A stretch of DNA of 64,000 nucleotides, taken from the NCBI GenBank assembly GCA_963923025.1, contig CAWUKV010000003.1, positions 8,776 to 72,775 of the forward strand, read 5' to 3'. Positions 11,088 through 20,375 of this stretch are shown piece after piece (position 1 is the stretch's first letter; each line of letters starts with the position of its first letter). The notes under the pieces were generated by a model. The model ran no database searches, was not told the origin of the DNA, and was given only the letters and a program-made list of their open reading frames with translations. Source of the DNA: an uncultured bacterium. Lineage in GTDB: Bacteria > Cyanobacteriota > Cyanobacteriia > Phormidesmidales > Phormidesmidaceae. The translations under genes were made by a program, and so were the position numbers.

Positions 11088-12860
11088 CTAGGATTGTACG
11101 AGTACCGGCTGTGACTGTGCTAGGGACCAGCGGCTGGCAATGGGCATCCGCCAACCCGTACCAAAGGCACGATCGGTCACCTTTAGGACAGGCGGGGCCT
11201 GACGGCGCTTAAATTCGGCACGAGTAACCAAACGGACAATACGGTCCACGGTTGCGGCATCGTGCCCAGCAGAGACAATTTCAGCAGCGGACTGGTGCTG
11301 TTGAATCAGACGTTCGAGTACGTCGTCGAGAATATCGTAGGAGGGAAGAGAGTCTTGATCGACCTGCCCCGGTTTGAGTTCGGCACTGGGGGGCTTAATT
11401 AAGATATTTTCTGGAATAATTTCGGCAGCGCTATTGGGCCGAGTAAACCCTTGAATCAGACCAAGGTGCTTGGACTGGCCTGCCTTAGCCTGGCGATTTA
11501 GCCAGCGGCACAGGGCATAGACACGGGTTTTAGGCACATCTGCGATTACGGCTAGGCCCCCGTTCATGTCGCCATAGAGGGTGCAGTAGCCCACGGCCAT
11601 TTCAGACTTGTTGCCGGTAGAGAGCAGCAGGTTACCAAACTTGTTGGAAATTGCCATGAGCAGGTTGCCGCGAATGCGCGACTGTAGATTCTCTTCGGTT
11701 ACACCTGCTTCGGTGCCAGCAAAGAGGGATTCAAACACCTGATCGTAGCCCTGCATCAGCGGCGCAATCTTCAGCGTTTGGGCCGGGCCGCCCAAATTCT
11801 CTGTCAGCTTTTCGGCGTCGCGAACAGAGTGATCAGAGCTGTAGGGAGAGGGCATGAGCACGCTAAGGACATTTTCAGCCCCAAGGGCCGCAGCGGCAAC
11901 GGCAACAACTAGCGCTGAGTCAATGCCTCCACTGAGGCCAACAACAGCTTTTTTGAAGCCACACTTACGAGCATAGTCGCGCACGCCAAGCACCAGCGCG
12001 GACCAAATTTCTGCATCGGTGTCGGTGGTTAAAGGTGAAATGTAGGCCGTTTGCAAATCCCCGTTGTGATAGTCGATCATCTGCAAATCTGCTTTAAAGG
12101 CCGCAGCTCGACTGACAACATCGCCTTGCCGGTTCAGACATACACTGCACCCGTCAAAAATGAGATCATCATTGCCGCCCACCTGGTTGACGTAGACAAT
12201 CGGGCAACCGTGTGTCTGAGTCGCGTGGCGGATCATTTCTTCTCGCAGCTGCTGTTTGCCTACGGTGTAGGGCGACCCAGACAGGTTCACAACCAGGTCT
12301 ACGCCAGCCTCCACCAGTTCAGCCGTTGGATTTACCGGATAGGCTCGCTGCCCCCAGAAACCCTCGTCATTCCATAGGTCTTCGCAAATGGTGACACCAA
12401 TGTGGACAGGGGTACCATCAAAATCGTTGAGGAAAAAGTGATTGGGCTCTGTTCCTGACTCAAAGTAGCGGTCGTCGTCGAATACGTCGTAGGTGGGTAG
12501 CAGACGCTTATGAAAAACGGCTTTGACCTGTCCGTCTTCGAGTAGAGCCATACTGTTATAAATGGGCTTTTCACCTGCAACACCTGCGTTGGGGTTCGGT
12601 GCCACGGTACCGACCAGCACCGCCAGCCCCTTGGGAAGATCCTGGGCAACTTGCCGCAGCGTCTGCTGCATCAGGTCCACAAAGCTGGGACGGAGCAACA
12701 AATCGCGGGGCGAATAGCCGCAAAGGGAGAGTTCTGGCGTCAGTAGGAGTCTAGCTCCTTGTCCAGCAGCAGTTTGAGCCGCAGCAAGAATCTGCTGGGC
12801 GTTGTTCGCAATGTCGCCAATGGTGGGGTTGAGCTGTGCGATCGCAATCTTCATTGTCAA
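11088..12860 (-). CDS. nadE: glutamine-dependent NAD+ synthetase (nitrilase domain plus NAD synthase domain)
   Basis: 590 aa protein with an N-terminal CN-hydrolase domain (LLTPELSLCGY) and a C-terminal NAD synthetase domain (GLSGGIDSA). Confidence 0.9.
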   Translation of the reverse strand: MTMKIAIAQLNPTIGDIANNAQQILAAAQTAAGQGARLLLTPELSLCGYSPRDLLLRPSFVDLMQQTLRQVAQDLPKGLAVLVGTVAPNPNAGVAGEKPIYNSMALLEDGQVKAVFHKRLLPTYDVFDDDRYFESGTEPNHFFLNDFDGTPVHIGVTICEDLWNDEGFWGQRAYPVNPTAELVEAGVDLVVNLSGSPYTVGKQQLREEMIRHATQTHGCPIVYVNQVGGNDDLIFDGCSVCLNRQGDVVSRAAAFKADLQMIDYHNGDLQTAYISPLTTDTDAEIWSALVLGVRDYARKCGFKKAVVGLSGGIDSALVVAVAAAALGAENVLSVLMPSPYSSDHSVRDAEKLTENLGGPAQTLKIAPLMQGYDQVFESLFAGTEAGVTEENLQSRIRGNLLMAISNKFGNLLLSTGNKSEMAVGYCTLYGDMNGGLAVIADVPKTRVYALCRWLNRQAKAGQSKHLGLIQGFTRPNSAAEIIPENILIKPPSAELKPGQVDQDSLPSYDILDDVLERLIQQHQSAAEIVSAGHDAATVDRIVRLVTRAEFKRRQAPPVLKVTDRAFGTGWRMPIASRWSLAQSQPVLVQS

Positions 12861-12905
12861 AATCCTTATTTTTAATATGTTTGTGAAGCCATTTTTGTGG
12901 AGCCA

Positions 12906-13673
12906 TTAAGTAAACACCATCGGCTTATCTTTTAGCGGCTCAAACGCCTCGGCATCAAACTGGTATAGGCTTGCCGGTCGCCCAGCCCCACGCGAGGTCT
13001 TGATGCCTGTGTCTTTTAGTACTTTGAGCTTTAGCAGGCGGGTACGAAAGTTGGAGTAGTCGGCAAATCCTTCGCCCAAAATAGAGGTGTAAAGCTGGTA
13101 TACGTCCCCCAGCGTAAACATTTCAGGCAGCACATCAAACGCGACAGGGCTATACTGCACCTTGCTTTTGAGTCGACCGTGGCCGTAGTTCAAAATCTCG
13201 TTGTGGTCAAAGGCCAGCTGGGGAATGCGATTGACCGGGTACCAGGCAATACCGCTGACGCCATCGGCAATCAGTTCGGCCTCGGCAAAGCGAACCAGGG
13301 CAAAGTAGCTAACCGATAGGTAGCGGACGCCGTAGGCATCCTCAGCTTCGCGGGGATCGCGCTGGGGGCCGCCAAAGGTGTAAAGCTGTTCGAGGTACAG
13401 ATTGTTGACTCGAATCTTTTCTGACAGCATCCGGTAAGCGGCTTTCTCTAGCGATTCGCCTTGGCGCACCAGCGTACCCGGCAGGCTCCAGGTGCTGGCG
13501 TAGGGCGGATCGTGGCGCATGACCAGCAGCACCATTAGGCGATGCTGCTCGGTATCGACCGAGAAAATAACATTATCAACACCCACCTTAAAATCAGCGA
13601 GGGCGTTAACAGAATTATCAGCTGGCGTTACCGGGTGGCTGCGTTTTTTGGGCGAGGTGAGTTTTCCAGGCAT
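12906..13673 (-). CDS. nrtR: Nudix-related transcriptional regulator NrtR (Nudix domain plus C-terminal winged helix)
   Basis: 255 aa protein with an N-terminal Nudix-like fold and a C-terminal DNA-binding-like domain (TLGDVYQLYTSILG...RTRLLKL). It sits between nadD and nadE. The annotated start overlaps nadD by 46 nt, so the real start may be downstream. Confidence 0.65.
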   Translation of the reverse strand: MPGKLTSPKKRSHPVTPADNSVNALADFKVGVDNVIFSVDTEQHRLMVLLVMRHDPPYASTWSLPGTLVRQGESLEKAAYRMLSEKIRVNNLYLEQLYTFGGPQRDPREAEDAYGVRYLSVSYFALVRFAEAELIADGVSGIAWYPVNRIPQLAFDHNEILNYGHGRLKSKVQYSPVAFDVLPEMFTLGDVYQLYTSILGEGFADYSNFRTRLLKLKVLKDTGIKTSRGAGRPASLYQFDAEAFEPLKDKPMVFT

Positions 13674-14305
13674 GGGTAGAGGTGGTGTTCGTAGATGTAG
13701 TCTTGTACGGCAGGAGGAACCGCCTGAAGGTTAGCGGCAGCATGGCGGTAGGCGCTAGAGGAGATGTCGAACTGCTGCGGTGGGGTGGCGATCTCAACTG
13801 TTGCCCCATGCTGCCGTAGCTGATCGACCTCTCGCTCGTGGAGGGGATAACCCGGACGGGGGAAAACCAGGATTTTGGCCTGCTGAAAGATTGCGTCGGA
13901 CTGGTACCACTTGGGCATTTGCTGCACAAGGTCTGCCCCAATCACAAAGGTAAAGGTGGCCCGAGGCCAAATTTCCCTTGCCCGTTCTATGGTGACGGAC
14001 GTGAAACGATGGCTAAGGTCAGAGTGAAGCTGCACCGTGCCTGCTGAGGGCTGCTCCGGCAAGTTCTCAATCATCAGCTCCAGCATGCGCATGCGGTCTG
14101 CCAGCGGCGACTGCCCGTCTTTATAGGGATTATCTGACGCCCACACAGCCACATGATCAAATTGCTGACTGAGCCAGGAGAGAATACCGCGATGCCCCTT
14201 GTGGGGTGGGTCGGCGCTGGTGCCAAATAGGGCAATGTTTTGCATCAGAAAAATCTGGGATGATGGGGTGATCATAGAGGAACTACACCGTTGTGCTCGA
14301 CCCAA
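13628..14305 (-). CDS. nadD: nicotinate-nucleotide adenylyltransferase NadD
   Basis: N-terminus NIALFGTSADPPHKGHRGIL carries the (H/T)xGH nucleotidyltransferase motif. Confidence 0.85.
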   Translation of the reverse strand: MGRAQRCSSSMITPSSQIFLMQNIALFGTSADPPHKGHRGILSWLSQQFDHVAVWASDNPYKDGQSPLADRMRMLELMIENLPEQPSAGTVQLHSDLSHRFTSVTIERAREIWPRATFTFVIGADLVQQMPKWYQSDAIFQQAKILVFPRPGYPLHEREVDQLRQHGATVEIATPPQQFDISSSAYRHAAANLQAVPPAVQDYIYEHHLYPCLENSPRPKNAATR

Positions 14306-14316
14306 TGGTGTAATCG

Positions 14317-15684
14317 TCAGGATCGAGGGGTTCGCCGGGTCGTCTCGGTTAATCGCCGCAGTCCGTTAGACAGGGCCACCGTATAGTCTCCCGGCTCCTC
14401 CACGTTGCGTACGCTAGCCGGAAGCTGTTTTACCGACTGCGCAGTTCGCTGGGCAATCACCTCGACCTTCTCAGCAGGCTTAACTCGCTTGCCGTCGCTC
14501 ATGACCATCTCTAGCAAGGCTGTTTCATCGGTTTCGGTTGCTTCCACCGCTAACGCCAGCCGGTCTTTTACCGCCTGACCGTCCGCTATCCGACGAAAAA
14601 TCTGCTTGCGGCCAGGATAGGTGAGCTTGCCGCTCGATTCTTTCATGACGGGGATGCTATCGATTTCTACCAGCTTGTACACGCCGTTGACAGGACTACC
14701 CGTCACCAGTTTGGTACCAAAGCCGAAGCCGTCAATCACCGCGCCGTCGCGCTGGAGCTGCACCAGGGCACACTCGTCGAGATCGCCACTGGCAAAGATG
14801 GGGGTGTTGGGCTGGTGCGATCGCACCTGCCGAGACAGCACTGCCAAGTCCCCAGAATCTAACCGCACCCCGGTCAGCCCCGTTTCATTCTTGGCCAATC
14901 GCTGTGCTGCGGCCACTGTGTCGTAGGTGTCAATCAGCAATGGTGCACCCGGAAAGTAGCGGTGAAAGGCTTCGAAAGCGTCATCCTCGGTGCCCTCAAT
15001 CGCGGCGATCGCCATCACCAGTGCATGGGCCATGGTCCCCACCGGCTTCTGACCCAGCTTCAACGCGGCTAGCACATTGGAGGTGGCCGTCAGTCCCCCA
15101 GCCAGCGCGGCGCGGGCAGCCCAGAGCGACCCCTGGGGGCTAAAGGCCCGGCGGGTGCCAAACTCTAGCAGGGTGGCCTCGGGCCCAGCTACATCTCGCA
15201 GCCGCGCTGCCCGTGTGGCAATCAGCGTTTGGTAGTTGAGCGTATTGAGCAGGTAGGTTTCCACCACTTGGGCCTGCCACAGCGGTGCCTCCACCCGCAG
15301 CATGGGCTCATTGGCAAACACCGCCGTTCCTTCGGGTACCGCCCACACATCGCCCGTGAATCCCCCCTCCATCAGCAGTGACCAAAATCGGTCCGGCGCG
15401 TGGTCAAACAGGCCAGTCTGACGCAGGGCGTCGATTTGCGCTGAGCCAAATCGAAACTGCTCTAAATAGTCCAACGCCTGAGACAGCCCCATTGCAATCA
15501 GGTAGCCAAATCCTTCGGGTAGACGTCGGGCAAATAACTCGAAGCTAGCGGTGCGCTGGTCGAGTTCCTCACCGGCATAGCAGGCCGACATCGTGAGCTG
15601 GTACAGGTCCGTCAGCAGGCCATAATCCTCGGGCGAAATGCCCAGCGCGGGGTCAAGCAGTGACTGATGTAGCAGGCCGTTCAT
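14317..15684 (-). CDS. pncB: nicotinate phosphoribosyltransferase family protein (PncB-like)
   Basis: About 455 aa with NAPRTase family motifs (LYQLTM, GTMAHALVMA, LLIDTYD). The start is chosen at MNGLL (15684); the 6-frame ORF extends to 15720. Confidence 0.8.
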   Translation of the reverse strand: MNGLLHQSLLDPALGISPEDYGLLTDLYQLTMSACYAGEELDQRTASFELFARRLPEGFGYLIAMGLSQALDYLEQFRFGSAQIDALRQTGLFDHAPDRFWSLLMEGGFTGDVWAVPEGTAVFANEPMLRVEAPLWQAQVVETYLLNTLNYQTLIATRAARLRDVAGPEATLLEFGTRRAFSPQGSLWAARAALAGGLTATSNVLAALKLGQKPVGTMAHALVMAIAAIEGTEDDAFEAFHRYFPGAPLLIDTYDTVAAAQRLAKNETGLTGVRLDSGDLAVLSRQVRSHQPNTPIFASGDLDECALVQLQRDGAVIDGFGFGTKLVTGSPVNGVYKLVEIDSIPVMKESSGKLTYPGRKQIFRRIADGQAVKDRLALAVEATETDETALLEMVMSDGKRVKPAEKVEVIAQRTAQSVKQLPASVRNVEEPGDYTVALSNGLRRLTETTRRTPRS

Positions 15685-15704
15685 ACAATTCCTCTGACGA
15701 CTTA

Positions 15705-15719
15705 TGGTTATATTAACCA
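15705..15719. promoter_or_regulatory. perfect 6-3-6 palindrome TGGTTA-TAT-TAACCA about 20 bp upstream of the pncB start; candidate NrtR operator
   Basis: The inverted repeat is seen directly. Its extended arms TATGGTTA and TAACCAAA match 7 of 8. It lies at the head of the pncB-nadD-nrtR-nadE gene string. Confidence 0.35.
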
Positions 15720-15859
15720 AAATACAGAAGAAGATCTCGGAAGCTTGGCGAATTTTTAATTTTTATCGGGAGGAGTATGAAATTCGATTATGCGTCAGTC
15801 TAGTACGGATGACGCTGAAGGAGGTGTGTAATAAGCAACGCGCGTGGCAGTCCTAGTTC

Positions 15860-15904
15860 GAGAGGGAAAGGGAAAAGGGGGGAAAGGATAAAGGGGAAAA
15901 GGGG
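15860..15904 (+). promoter_or_regulatory. 45 nt polypurine (GA-only, one T) tract with G-runs in the divergent pncB/ubiA intergenic region
   Basis: gagagggaaagggaaaaggggggaaaggataaaggggaaaagggg has H-DNA/triplex or G-quadruplex potential. Confidence 0.5.
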
Positions 15905-16135
15905 CTCGATTGGGCCCTATTGCGCGGCTATTTCTTCAGCGGGCCTGTGGAAGGTGGGGGCTCGTTCATCGACAAGAGAAGCTGCCCCCATGGGCACGTC
16001 TGCAAAAGGGTTATATTGGTCAACTGAACTAAAACCAGTTTCTTTTTTGCGCTATCAATTCCAACAAAGATCAACCGCTAAAGATATTCTGATAAGGCGC
16101 TCGATCTTCAGTATTGAGCAAATACAGACTGTCAA

Positions 16136-17041
16136 ATGTTACGCGTCACTCCCATGACCCCCACTCAACCGTCCCCCGAGCCGACCTGGATGACCGTTCT
16201 CCGGCTAATGCGATGGGATAAGCCAACTGGACGGCTAATTCTATTGGTGCCTGCCCTTTGGTCACTGTTTCTGGCTGCTCGGGGACTGCCGCCGCTGCCG
16301 CTGCTGGGCGTTGTGATATTGGGCACGCTCGCAACCAGTGCCGGGGGCTGTGTCATCAACGACCTCTGGGATCGCGATATCGACCCTAAGGTAGAGCGAA
16401 CGAAGAATAGGCCTTTGGCGTCTAAGGCGCTGTCGATAAAGGTTGCGATCGCGATCGCCTTTGTTGCCTTTCTCTGTGCGCTGATCTTGGCTCTGTATCT
16501 GCTGCAAAACCCGATTAGCTTTGTCTTTTGCGTGGCTGCAGTGCCGGTGATTGTGCTGTACCCGCTGGCTAAGCGCGTCTTTCCGGTTCCACAGCTGGTG
16601 CTGGCGATCGCCTGGGGCTTTGCCGTACTGATTCCTTGGAGTGCTGTCACCGGTCAGGTAGAGACGGCGACCTGGCTGCTGTGGGGAGCAGTGGTGCTGT
16701 GGACGCTGGGCTTCGATACGGTCTATGCCATTCCTGATCGGGAGTACGACCGACAGCTTGGGGTCAACTCCAGTGCTCGTTTTTTTGGATCCAACGCACC
16801 GGAGATGGTTGCCATCTTTTTTGCCGGAACCGCCATCATGCTGTTGTGGCTCGGCATCAACATGACATTAGGCTTTCCGTTCTGGGCGACGCTAGTAGCT
16901 GCCTGTGTGCTCTGGTTTACCCATTACCGTAAACTGCGCCGTTTTCATCCGCCCCCGCGTGTGTATGGACAAATCTTCCGTCAGAATGTGGCGATCGGGT
17001 TCATTCTGCTGGGTGGCATGATTTTGGGGCTGCTGGCATGA
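16136..17041 (+). CDS. ubiA: 4-hydroxybenzoate polyprenyltransferase, UbiA family (plastoquinone pathway in cyanobacteria)
   Basis: 301 aa protein with multiple transmembrane segments and UbiA Asp-rich motifs (NDLWDRDID, YAIPDREYD). Confidence 0.85.
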   Translation: MLRVTPMTPTQPSPEPTWMTVLRLMRWDKPTGRLILLVPALWSLFLAARGLPPLPLLGVVILGTLATSAGGCVINDLWDRDIDPKVERTKNRPLASKALSIKVAIAIAFVAFLCALILALYLLQNPISFVFCVAAVPVIVLYPLAKRVFPVPQLVLAIAWGFAVLIPWSAVTGQVETATWLLWGAVVLWTLGFDTVYAIPDREYDRQLGVNSSARFFGSNAPEMVAIFFAGTAIMLLWLGINMTLGFPFWATLVAACVLWFTHYRKLRRFHPPPRVYGQIFRQNVAIGFILLGGMILGLLA

Positions 17042-17070
17042 GGCGGGTTGCCCTGGTTAGATTAACTGCG

Positions 17071-17613
17071 CTACCCGATAAAATACGGCTTTGAAATCCA
17101 CTGATGGCCAATAATTAGGGCATAATATCCTGCAATTGGCATGAATCCAATGAATCGACACAAGATTCCGTAGACATTAGGCCGCATCAGCCACGACAGC
17201 TTTCTGTACGACAAGTAGCTCACCATAGCGAGGTATATGCCAGTAGCACCAACATAGGGTGGAAAAAGGTAATACCGCAAAATCGAGTTGGAAAAATGTC
17301 GGTCGTTAATCGTCTTCTCAAGCCATAGGCCGTAATCGTTGGTGAGGGTTTGGAGCAGCAACAGGCTTAGCAGCAACAAACCCACCGCATTGAGGAGTAA
17401 AAAGAATTGGGCTGGGATGCGATCGCAGCGTCCTGCCCAAGCAAGCAATACAATAGCCAGCGTCGCTAACGGTCCGACGATGCAGAGTGCCAAAAATGTG
17501 CGGACGCCAAAGTCCCAGAAAACGATGGTGTTAATCTCATCCGCCAGCATGATGCTATAAGACAGAGTCACCAACAAAATTACCCCCGCTAGGGTGTTGG
17601 CTACGATTCGCAT
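17071..17613 (-). CDS. hypothetical integral membrane protein
   Basis: 180 aa ORF with 4-5 predicted hydrophobic helices; no recognisable family. Confidence 0.45.
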   Translation of the reverse strand: MRIVANTLAGVILLVTLSYSIMLADEINTIVFWDFGVRTFLALCIVGPLATLAIVLLAWAGRCDRIPAQFFLLLNAVGLLLLSLLLLQTLTNDYGLWLEKTINDRHFSNSILRYYLFPPYVGATGIYLAMVSYLSYRKLSWLMRPNVYGILCRFIGFMPIAGYYALIIGHQWISKPYFIG

Positions 17614-17722
17614 AGGCAGTAGCAGAATGGTCGTTACGAATGCTCACCTTGGGCTACAGTCCAAAATAGTGAGATTACGAGCTTCATCCAATCACCACCT
17701 AGGCCATCACAAGGTATTCCCC

Positions 17723-18097
17723 ATGATTCAGCGCCTCATTACTAACATCTGTTCTGATTGCCTGCCTGAAAGCCGCGAGTTTTACACCACCCTGCTGGGA
17801 TTTGAAGTCACTTTTGACAGTAACTGGTATATCCAGCTCACTGCACCCGACAATCCTCGCATGGAGCTAGGCTTTATCCAACGAGACAATGAGCTGGTAC
17901 CAGAAGTCTTTCAGCAGCCCCCCCAAGGCGTCTACCTAACAGTCGTAGTGGACGATGTGGATGCTGTGTATGCCAAGGCACAGGCAGCTGAGGTAGAGAT
18001 TGTACAGCCCCCCAAGGACGAGTTTTATGGACAGCGACGTCTGCTGATCGTAGACCCTAACAAACTACTCATCGATGTTTCAGCCGTCATTCGGTAA
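17723..18097 (+). CDS. VOC (glyoxalase/bleomycin-resistance) family protein
   Basis: About 125 aa with beta-alpha-beta-beta-beta-like segments and a FYGQRRLLIVDPN motif. The start is chosen at MIQRL. Confidence 0.65.
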   Translation: MIQRLITNICSDCLPESREFYTTLLGFEVTFDSNWYIQLTAPDNPRMELGFIQRDNELVPEVFQQPPQGVYLTVVVDDVDAVYAKAQAAEVEIVQPPKDEFYGQRRLLIVDPNKLLIDVSAVIR

Positions 18098-18146
18098 TCT
18101 GTCGCTATTGGACAAATGATTGAGAAGAGTTGACTTAGGAGAAAAC

Positions 18147-18308
18147 GATGAGCGGTGGCTTTACATCAGGGGGCGGCATTGGCGGCAATAAGGAACCTGG
18201 AGAAGAGCCCCCAGCCTGGTTTGGATGTCTGTTTATTATCGTTGTGGCAGTGTTTGTGATGACAGTAGTCCTGTGAAGGGCTTGTCCGAGCGGCATACAT
18301 TAAGATAA
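18147..18308 (+). CDS. small hypothetical protein (53 aa, Gly-rich N-terminus, Cys-rich hydrophobic middle), absent from the ORF track
   Basis: AGGAG lies 8 nt upstream of an ATG. The translation is MSGGFTSGGGIGGNKEPGEEPPAWFGCLFIIGCGSVCDDSSPVKGLSERHTLR. Its 3' end runs into repeated-element copy A. Confidence 0.3.
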
Positions 18309-18466
18309 TCACAGCACTATGCCAAAGACTATGCCAAATATCATTGCCTGCCATAGCTGTGACTCTCGCAAGTTTCAATTGCATTGAACTTGCGCCTCGC
18401 TTGACCTGCTGTTCTGCCAAGCTTTTGCCGGAATAGAACAGGTCCAGTCAAGCAAGAAACGCTATG
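18281..18466 (+). repeat. copy A of an unclassified roughly 160-190 nt repeated element with two conserved hairpins
   Basis: Aligns to 32188-32347 over a 5' block (cttgtcc..gcataca..attgcctg), hairpin 1 (GCAAGTTTCAAT-tgc-ATTGAAACTTGC at 18368-18393), hairpin 2 (cgcttgacctg...caggtccagtcaagcaag) and a 3' gaaacgctat. Confidence 0.6.
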
Positions 18467-18501
18467 TTTACCTTAAGTGCCCCTGAATCGGCTGTAGCGG
18501 C

Positions 18502-19182
18502 TCAATAGGGCGGGTCTGCAGGGCCAGTGTATCCACACATGCCGGTGCGGGGCGAGTTCACAATCAGCATGGGCTCACCGTAGTCGTCGTGAGGGTGTGC
18601 TTCGGCATGGCCGTCACATAGCGTCCCCTTAGAATCATCTTCGTAGATACATTCCAAACATAGGTGTGTAGCAGGCTGACCGCATTCGATGCAGCTTGAC
18701 TCGACAGGGTGGTTACGGGCCATCAGGTAGATTGGTTTGGCCGTTAGCGGTTTCCCTTCGCGGATGTCAACGAGCTTAACGAGCGTTTCTGAAGAGGTGC
18801 CAAAGTCGTAGACATGTTCCAGTGCCCCTGTTCGGGAGAAAACGGCATCAATTTTTCGAGTTTTACCAAAGCCGTTTTCGAACTGACCCACCATAAACTG
18901 GCTCATGTGACCGCAGCACTCCAGCCAGATCGCCCTTAGGTAATCGTCTAGGTGACCCAGCGTTTTGGTGCCACGCATTTCTAGGTTCAACCAGTAGTCC
19001 CCGCCGTAGGCATCTTGGATGCGCAGGTGATAGAGCGTTTCGGGCTTTGCTTTGCGGGATTCAGCCTTGGTGATTGCGGCCTGACGAGTTTTACAGCTTT
19101 TGAGATGTTTGGAGACACCGCCCTTAGACAGGGTTTTACCGCAGAAGATACAGTCGCCTTTAGTCTGCTGTTTTCGTGCCAT
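18502..19182 (-). CDS. hypothetical protein, N-terminal C4-type zinc-finger-like plus pRiA4b-ORF3-like domain (tentative)
   Basis: 226 aa ORF with CIFCG...C at the N-terminus, a C..CxxC..H cluster, and LYHLRIQDAYGG...HVYDFGTSSE resembling PF07929. Confidence 0.5.
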   Translation of the reverse strand: MARKQQTKGDCIFCGKTLSKGGVSKHLKSCKTRQAAITKAESRKAKPETLYHLRIQDAYGGDYWLNLEMRGTKTLGHLDDYLRAIWLECCGHMSQFMVGQFENGFGKTRKIDAVFSRTGALEHVYDFGTSSETLVKLVDIREGKPLTAKPIYLMARNHPVESSCIECGQPATHLCLECIYEDDSKGTLCDGHAEAHPHDDYGEPMLIVNSPRTGMCGYTGPADPPY

Positions 19183-19227
19183 AAGCCAAAAGATAACGCG
19201 CCGAAGATCAGCGGTGATGTTGCGTGC

Positions 19228-19770
19228 TTAAGCTCTAGTGTAAGAGACGATCTGCTCCCAAATATCTGGAAACTCAGCCTTGATTGCCTCAGCTTTAGCA
19301 ATTTCCATATCGCGATAGTCGAAGCCAGGGGCTACGGCTTCGCCCAGTAGGCCATATTCGCCAGCTTCTAAAACGGCAGCTTTCCAGTAACCGCCCGGGA
19401 CAAGCAGTTGGGGGACTTCACCCTTGGCTAAGTCAAGCCCCAGAACGTGTCGCTCTAGCTGACCCTCAAGGGTGATCAGCAGATAGGTGATGGGCGATCC
19501 GGCTTGGAAGTAGTGGAGGATGTCAGACTTGTTCTTGTGCAAGTGATCCACCGGTCGGTCATCGGTCAGTAGGTAATAAATGGAGGTGAGGAGGTTGCGA
19601 TCGCACCCCTCCCGCTCGGTTGGCATCGTTTGACTTGTACGGTAGGTTTCGGCAAAGTAGCCCCCCTCGACGTGCTCTACCAGGCCCAACTGCTGAATAA
19701 CTGTCTGTTTATCCACTGTGCTCGACGCTAAATTTTGACGCTGATCTTTGGCACCGATCATACCGACCAA
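19228..19770 (-). CDS. cupin-fold protein (DUF985-like), tentative
   Basis: 180 aa ORF with a beta-rich cupin-like core (HVEGGYFAE...HYFQAGSP). Confidence 0.5.
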   Translation of the reverse strand: MVGMIGAKDQRQNLASSTVDKQTVIQQLGLVEHVEGGYFAETYRTSQTMPTEREGCDRNLLTSIYYLLTDDRPVDHLHKNKSDILHYFQAGSPITYLLITLEGQLERHVLGLDLAKGEVPQLLVPGGYWKAAVLEAGEYGLLGEAVAPGFDYRDMEIAKAEAIKAEFPDIWEQIVSYTRA

Positions 19771-19826
19771 TCATACCGATTTGTGCTGGGAGCAGGCGGC
19801 TGCTATCCGTTAAAACACGCTATAGA

Positions 19827-20375
19827 ATGGGCAGTGACCGAAACAGGCAGGGTATGAGCGAGCAGGACGAGGCTAGGGTTGCCTATGCGGCGGGCCAAGC
19901 CGCCTTTGAACGGGGCAGCTATCGGCAAGCCGTGACGCAGTTTGAGCGAGCTAGGGGGCTCGCGGGTCAAGGAACGATCCTTGGGGGCGAAATCCAGCTA
20001 TGGCTCGCCAATGCCTATGCTGCCGTGGGTGAGGGCAATAACGCAGTCACCGCCTGTCAGGCCTTGGCCCAGCATCCTGACCCTGAAACCCGTAAGCAGG
20101 CCAAGCGGCTGGCCTACATTTTGCAGGCACCAGAACTGGCTACTAAGCCGGAGTGGATGAGCAAGATCCCGGACTTGGGCGGCATTGAGGGCGGCAACGA
20201 CTACAAGCTCACACAGTCTCGCTACGGCCAATCCAACAGCCGACCCATGCGCCGCCTTGCGCCGGAACCAGAGCCGTTGGATTTGAGCCAGGTAAATACA
20301 AAAGACAATCAGTTTGTGTGGGTGGCGCTGCTGGGCTGTGCACTAGTGCTAGGAGGATTGCTGTGGTTCAGTTAA
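19827..20375 (+). CDS. TPR-like protein with C-terminal transmembrane anchor
   Basis: 182 aa ORF with helical TPR-like repeats and a C-terminal hydrophobic helix (FVWVALLGCALVLGGLLWF). It overlaps the next gene by 13 nt. Confidence 0.55.
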   Translation: MGSDRNRQGMSEQDEARVAYAAGQAAFERGSYRQAVTQFERARGLAGQGTILGGEIQLWLANAYAAVGEGNNAVTACQALAQHPDPETRKQAKRLAYILQAPELATKPEWMSKIPDLGGIEGGNDYKLTQSRYGQSNSRPMRRLAPEPEPLDLSQVNTKDNQFVWVALLGCALVLGGLLWFS

